A stretch of 63,613 nucleotides of DNA, counting the filler. It is 5 parts of 5 records of this genome, joined end to end, with 100 filler letters (N's around TTAATTAATTAA, not from the genome) between each part and the next. Parts side by side here need not be neighbours in the genome. Positions count along the whole stretch, not along the records: positions 58,287 to 63,613 come from SRR31156797_1152; 4 more parts are not named here. One strand, 5' to 3'. This document shows, piece after piece, positions 59,205 to 63,613 of this stretch; positions within the stretch are counted from its first letter, which is position 1, and each line of letters starts with the position of its first letter. Position numbers and translations under genes: made by a program. Under the pieces are notes generated by a model. It was not told where the DNA came from, searched no databases, and saw nothing but the letters and a program-made list of their open reading frames with translations.

Positions 59205-60098
59205 CTATAATCCTATGTGACTAAGTTTTGTTGCGTCGTTGCCAATATTTTTTATTTTTAAACCAAATTTACCTTCAACAATAACAGCCTCACCTTCACC
59301 AATTTTAACACCATTTACTAAAATATCTAAAGGTTCATTTACCATTTGTTCTAACTCAATAATCTCACCAATATCCCATCTAAGAATATCTTTAAGTAAG
59401 AAATTTTTTGTTCCTAATCTTACACTTAACTTCAATTTAATATTAAAAAGAAGTTGTAAATTTTGTTCTGCTTCTTCTGAAAGTAAAGAACTTAGTCCCA
59501 TTGATGAGTTAGGTACACTTGGCGATACTGCTGCAGGTGCAGTTTGACTTGAAGAGGAACTAACAAGTATATCACCACCTGCTCCACCAGTAATTTCACT
59601 CAAGTAAGGTAAAGATAAACTATCAAAAGATACATAAATTGGTAGTTTTTCATTGTCTAAAGTTAAATCAAAAATATATCTATGTGGTTCATCTTCAATA
59701 TTTTTACAATCTTTAATCGAAGCACTTAAAACTTCTGATTTAATTGCTGTAATATCTGTAAAACCTTGTGCATTTACAGTTGTACATAAACTTCCACAAA
59801 TGTTTGAAACAATTTCATTTACCGCATCAACTATTTCATCATCAATGTGTTCTTTTAAATCTCCCATACCACCTAGCATGAAAAATTCAAATTTAGTTGC
59901 AGTAATTGTAGGAATATAAAACTCCCATTTCATTGATATATCTGCAAAATCAAATTTTGCTGAAACTTGTATACACTGCGAATCATCTAAACCATCATCA
60001 ACTTTACTAACAGAGTCTATTGAGACACTTTTAGAAAGTAGTTGCTCTAATGTATTTGATAGTTCATCTTTAAAAAAACTAGATAAATCAGATGCCAA
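59205..60098 (-). CDS. fliY: flagellar switch protein FliY (CheC-like + SpoA domain)
   Basis: EIVSNICGS CheC-like motif; C-terminal LSVRLG...IIELEQ...PLDILVNG..IGEGE SpoA domain. Confidence 0.75.
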   Translation of the reverse strand: MASDLSSFFKDELSNTLEQLLSKSVSIDSVSKVDDGLDDSQCIQVSAKFDFADISMKWEFYIPTITATKFEFFMLGGMGDLKEHIDDEIVDAVNEIVSNICGSLCTTVNAQGFTDITAIKSEVLSASIKDCKNIEDEPHRYIFDLTLDNEKLPIYVSFDSLSLPYLSEITGGAGGDILVSSSSSQTAPAAVSPSVPNSSMGLSSLLSEEAEQNLQLLFNIKLKLSVRLGTKNFLLKDILRWDIGEIIELEQMVNEPLDILVNGVKIGEGEAVIVEGKFGLKIKNIGNDATKLSHIGL

Positions 60099-60120
60099 AA
60101 ACTATCCCTTACTTTTTATT

Positions 60121-60435
60121 TTAACCATTTTGTTGTTCAGCTTTTTCTATTTCACTTAAAAGCTGGGCTTTAACTCTCATCATATCTTCTGTTGGATATT
60201 TAAATTCTGCATCTCCTCTAGTAACCTTTACAAATAGGTCCTTAGAATTTCTGTTGTAGCCAAATTTAACATTATCTAAGATAACTTCATTAGTAGTCTC
60301 TGCAGGCTGAGAGTTCTTTTTATACTGCTCTTGATCAATAACTTTTTGGCTATCATCAACTTCTTGAACAGATTTTATTTTTTCAGCATGATTAACCTGT
60401 GCATTATCAATTTCTGCTATTTTTCCTAATTCCAT
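60121..60435 (-). CDS. FlaG-like small flagellar protein
   Basis: SD AGGAGG; VKFGYN...LFVKV...KYPTEDMM resembles the FlaG core. Confidence 0.6.
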   Translation of the reverse strand: MELGKIAEIDNAQVNHAEKIKSVQEVDDSQKVIDQEQYKKNSQPAETTNEVILDNVKFGYNRNSKDLFVKVTRGDAEFKYPTEDMMRVKAQLLSEIEKAEQQNG

Positions 60436-60534
60436 AATACCCTCCTATTTAGAAGTATAAAATTGATATATTATAGCAGAAAAAAATTAAATCTGAATAG
60501 AAAGGCTGGAAAATAAGAAAACAAATAATTATTT

Positions 60535-62553
60535 TTATAATGATTCTAATAACTCGTCAAAATTAACAATCTTGAAATCAATTAAGTCATCTGTGTATGC
60601 TTGATAAAAGTATTGTGTTGCACTAGACAACTTTAATTCTTGAATTAATTGTACACCAGTTAAGAAATCTGCACTTGGGTCATTTAAAATTGCTTTAATA
60701 AGTGAGATTTGAAGTGAAGCTTCATTATATTTATTTGCTTCTAAAAAAGCTGCAACAATTAAATACATTGTATATTTATCTTCAAGTTTATATTTTCTTT
60801 GAAGATTATCCAAAATTGTCAATGTCAACTCTGGATTATTTTTATGAAGTTCTCTAACTGCTCTAGTTCTTTGATATGAAGGACTTTTTTTACCTTCTAA
60901 AGATAAATCAGCTTTATAAAATAATCCAATTGCTTTTAATAAATCTATATAATATTTTGTAATTAACAAAGGTCCTTCTAGAAAATTGTTATTTATTTTT
61001 AAAGGTGTTGTATCTTGAAGTCTAGCAAAATATTGATAATCATTTTCCCCTTCTCTTCTTAAAGCAATTTTCATTAAATATATCAATGGGTCTTTATAAT
61101 TATCTAAAAATAAAGGGTGATGAATATCTACATTTCCATTTGAAAGGTCAATTAAATAATTCAAAGCTTTATTAAAAACTGTTGATTGATAAGTTAAAGC
61201 ATCAAACTTCATCTGCAAAGAATCATCTATAAAAATTTTATATAAAAGTTGCCCAAAATATTTATACATACCATCATCAGATTTAATATTTTGTTCAATA
61301 TATGCAATATCTTTTATCTTTACATTTATTCTTTTTGCACTCATTATTGTCATAACAGCATAGAGTTTATTACCTGGATTTAGTTTATAAGCCTTTGAGA
61401 AGTTTTTATAGGCATTGTGAAAATCATTTATTTGTGCATAACAAAGTGCTAGATTATAATAAATATATGAATTTGAATCATTTTTAATATAAGTTTTTAG
61501 TTTATCTACTCTTACAATTGGGTCTTCATTTATGATTTCAATAAATTTGGCATTATACTTAACCATATCCTCAAGACTTTCTACATTTTGTCTATCTTTA
61601 AAAATAAAACCTTTTGAAATATCATACATAATCTCTTCATAATCTGAGAAAATAAAAGGCGCAAAATAAAAAACAAAATCTTCTCTTCTTTCTTCACTAA
61701 ACTTAGTAACTGACTTTAGATATTCTTTTGTAGTATATTTGTTTTTATTGAAAAATATTTCTAATGGGTATTCTTTGTTTATTTTAAAATACTCTTTAAC
61801 ATGGTTGATTTCATCTAAATGATCTCTTAGTTTTTCTAACTGATTTGTTTTTAAATCTCTAAAAGTCATCAGCCATAAAATAAGATTAATTTTTTCTTGA
61901 TTTAGAGTTTCTGCTTTTGCTTTTTCTAGATGCTGTTCAGCTGAGCTGTAATCTTTTAATTTAAGATAAAGCATAGCTTTTTTTAACTCCATAGGAAATT
62001 CCATAGAGTTTAAAATTTTAAGTGCTCTTTCATAATCTCTTAAAAGAATATATGTATCTGAAACTAGCCTTTTTGAGTGTTCTGACAGGTTTTTAAACTT
62101 ACTTGTTACATCAATGATAGTTTCTAAATATTTTCTTTCTTTTGTGATTTGATATAGATAAAAACAAGCAGAAATATATGAATAAGTATTTGTTCTAGTT
62201 GCTTCTTTATAGTCAAAAATATTATTTAAATATAACAATGCATTTTCTTTTTGGTTTAATTTATAATATGCAATACCAATATTTAAAAAAGAAGGAATTT
62301 TTAATATAGTCGAAGTTTCTTTAAAAATCTTTATTGCAGGTATATATTCTTCTCTTTCCAGCATTAAAAGAGCTTTATTAAAATCTACTTGTAATTTGAA
62401 TTTATTTTGTGATTCTTTTAACTTGTCATATTTAAATAATATCTCTGGCTGAGATTCAATTGTATCATTAGCTAATGTTTTAATATTTATTAATAAAAAA
62501 ACAAATAAAAAAAAGTAATTTGATATTTTAAACCATTGTATTAACTTGTGCAT
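60535..62553 (-). CDS. TPR-containing exported protein in the flagellar cluster
   Basis: N-terminal signal/TM; TPR motifs (FLNIGIAYYKL, YYNLALCYAQI..F.NAY..F.KAY.LNP). Confidence 0.75.
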   Translation of the reverse strand: MHKLIQWFKISNYFFLFVFLLINIKTLANDTIESQPEILFKYDKLKESQNKFKLQVDFNKALLMLEREEYIPAIKIFKETSTILKIPSFLNIGIAYYKLNQKENALLYLNNIFDYKEATRTNTYSYISACFYLYQITKERKYLETIIDVTSKFKNLSEHSKRLVSDTYILLRDYERALKILNSMEFPMELKKAMLYLKLKDYSSAEQHLEKAKAETLNQEKINLILWLMTFRDLKTNQLEKLRDHLDEINHVKEYFKINKEYPLEIFFNKNKYTTKEYLKSVTKFSEERREDFVFYFAPFIFSDYEEIMYDISKGFIFKDRQNVESLEDMVKYNAKFIEIINEDPIVRVDKLKTYIKNDSNSYIYYNLALCYAQINDFHNAYKNFSKAYKLNPGNKLYAVMTIMSAKRINVKIKDIAYIEQNIKSDDGMYKYFGQLLYKIFIDDSLQMKFDALTYQSTVFNKALNYLIDLSNGNVDIHHPLFLDNYKDPLIYLMKIALRREGENDYQYFARLQDTTPLKINNNFLEGPLLITKYYIDLLKAIGLFYKADLSLEGKKSPSYQRTRAVRELHKNNPELTLTILDNLQRKYKLEDKYTMYLIVAAFLEANKYNEASLQISLIKAILNDPSADFLTGVQLIQELKLSSATQYFYQAYTDDLIDFKIVNFDELLESL

Positions 62554-62857
62554 AAAGCTCTTCTGCTCTTTTTTCTAAAGTTTCTAAATTATGTTTTAGT
62601 TCAGCATTTTCAAGTCTTAGTTTCTGTAAGTCATCTCTTGCAACTTGTAAATTGTCTTGATTTGTTTTAAGTGTACCGGCACTAACTTTTACTTGTTTGT
62701 CATATCTATCAATAACTTCTTGTAATTTTTTATTCTCTTGTTCCACAATATCTTTTTCTTCATTTACTTTTCTATACAAAGATTTATATACATTAGCACT
62801 TGAAAAAAAGTACATTAGTAAAACACCAATAATAACTATTAATAAAAAATTATCCAC
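62528..62857 (-). CDS. single-TM coiled-coil hypothetical protein
   Basis: Hydrophobic N-terminus followed by a heptad-rich E/K/Q/L helix; overlaps the TPR gene. Confidence 0.7.
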   Translation of the reverse strand: MDNFLLIVIIGVLLMYFFSSANVYKSLYRKVNEEKDIVEQENKKLQEVIDRYDKQVKVSAGTLKTNQDNLQVARDDLQKLRLENAELKHNLETLEKRAEELYAQVNTMV

Positions 62858-62883
62858 TTAATACCACCAATACAAATTTAAAA

Positions 62884-63180
62884 CTAAAGCATATTCTCTT
62901 CAAAGAAATATCTAACTACATTATCAGAATCCATAGCTTCTTGAACCCTAACTGCAAGTTTTTCGTCAATAACTATAATATCTCCAGTACCAATAATTCT
63001 TTTATTAACATAAATATCTCCACCTGTACCAGCAGCCTTATTTAAAGATAAAATATCTCCAGCACTCAAATCTAAAAACTCTTTAATTGTGATATGAGAA
63101 CTACCAAGCATTACATCTACAACAATTTCTGTATCAACTAATAAATCATAATCTCTTTCTGTAATTTCCATTGTTACCAC
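62884..63180 (-). CDS. fliN: flagellar switch protein FliN (SpoA domain)
   Basis: VDVMLG...GDILSL...DIYVN..IGTGDIIVIDEKLAVRV. Confidence 0.8.
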   Translation of the reverse strand: MVTMEITERDYDLLVDTEIVVDVMLGSSHITIKEFLDLSAGDILSLNKAAGTGGDIYVNKRIIGTGDIIVIDEKLAVRVQEAMDSDNVVRYFFEENML

Positions 63181-63258
63181 TCTTAAATTTTTTAAATTAT
63201 ATCATAAAAAATCATCAATTTAAATTATCTAAAATAAACTAATAATTTTCTGTTTCAC

Positions 63259-63613
63259 CTAAATCACTAAATCAAGTGATTCTAACATTGAGTTAACTTT
63301 TGCTTCTATATTGCCATCAAAATTGCCTAAATCACTGGCAATTACAACTCCACCTGCAGTTACATTTATATCTTCAACTAATTCGATAGAGTTTTCAAGA
63401 TTTAATTCATTTTTTAAAATTTCATAATCTTTTGGATTAAGATGTATTTTTATTTTTGATGCATTTTTTATTTTATCTAAAAGATGAGATATTGTTTGTT
63501 TTGCAATTTGTGCTGAGTTTTCACCAATTTCAATAGAAATAATCTTTTGTGCAATAGCAGTTGAAGTTTTTAAAAGCTTAGTTTCCATTTGAAAAGTTGC
63601 TTGCTCAAAAAAG
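63259..63613 (-). CDS. fliH: flagellar export protein FliH (5'-truncated at the window edge)
   Basis: IAQKII, IHLNPKDY, GGVVIASDLGNFDG; the frame stays open to the window end. Confidence 0.85.
   Translation of the reverse strand, partial: FFEQATFQMETKLLKTSTAIAQKIISIEIGENSAQIAKQTISHLLDKIKNASKIKIHLNPKDYEILKNELNLENSIELVEDINVTAGGVVIASDLGNFDGNIEAKVNSMLESLDLVI

Noticed and set aside
667-59919. Numerous 60-135 aa ORFs antisense to or nested in long genes (e.g. 44982-45389, 52536-52940, 59239-59547), and ORFs over repeats (54596-54928, 51447-51641)
   Set aside because: Shadow ORFs with no recognisable motifs or RBS, explained by the codon structure of the real gene or by repeat DNA

Overview
This window is not one locus. 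It is five unrelated contigs joined by artificial 100-nt linkers (N44-TTAATTAATTAA-N44) at 19973-20072, 35792-35891, 45675-45774 and 58187-58286. Contig 1 (1-19972) is very AT-rich, has strong SD sites and sigma70 promoters, and looks like a Fusobacteriota- or Firmicutes-like anaerobe. It carries a CitA/CitB two-component pair, a VWA + peptidoglycan-binding protein, an orphan periplasmic binding protein, a 2269-aa Ser/Thr kinase-ATPase-GAF-PAS-His kinase-REC-HPt hybrid and an orphan 1030-aa glycyl radical enzyme with an N-terminal extension. It also has a DAHP synthase preceded by an unannotated aromatic leader peptide (FTWWYYY) with two tandem terminators, and oppDF. Contigs 2-4 (20073-58186) look Bacteroidota. 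They contain a TPR histidine kinase, a 9-gene glycan biosynthesis cluster divergent from a mosaic 1721-aa T9SS surface protein, an MFS-hemN-hemG(Y)-hemH operon and an acyl-AMP ligase/ACP/acyltransferase fusion. They also contain an M28 peptidase, split FadF-like genes, a TruC-like synthase, a long KamA-family radical SAM protein, a divergent membrane PPase, glutamine synthetase and partial groEL. Their intergenic regions hold many REP-like and heptamer repeats, and three contig ends carry the same IS-like terminus inside GTTTCAR heptamer arrays. Contig 5 (58287-63613) is a Campylobacterota (Arcobacter-like) flagellar motor cluster. Taxonomic assignments are inferences from gene content and sequence style. 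No database searches were run.
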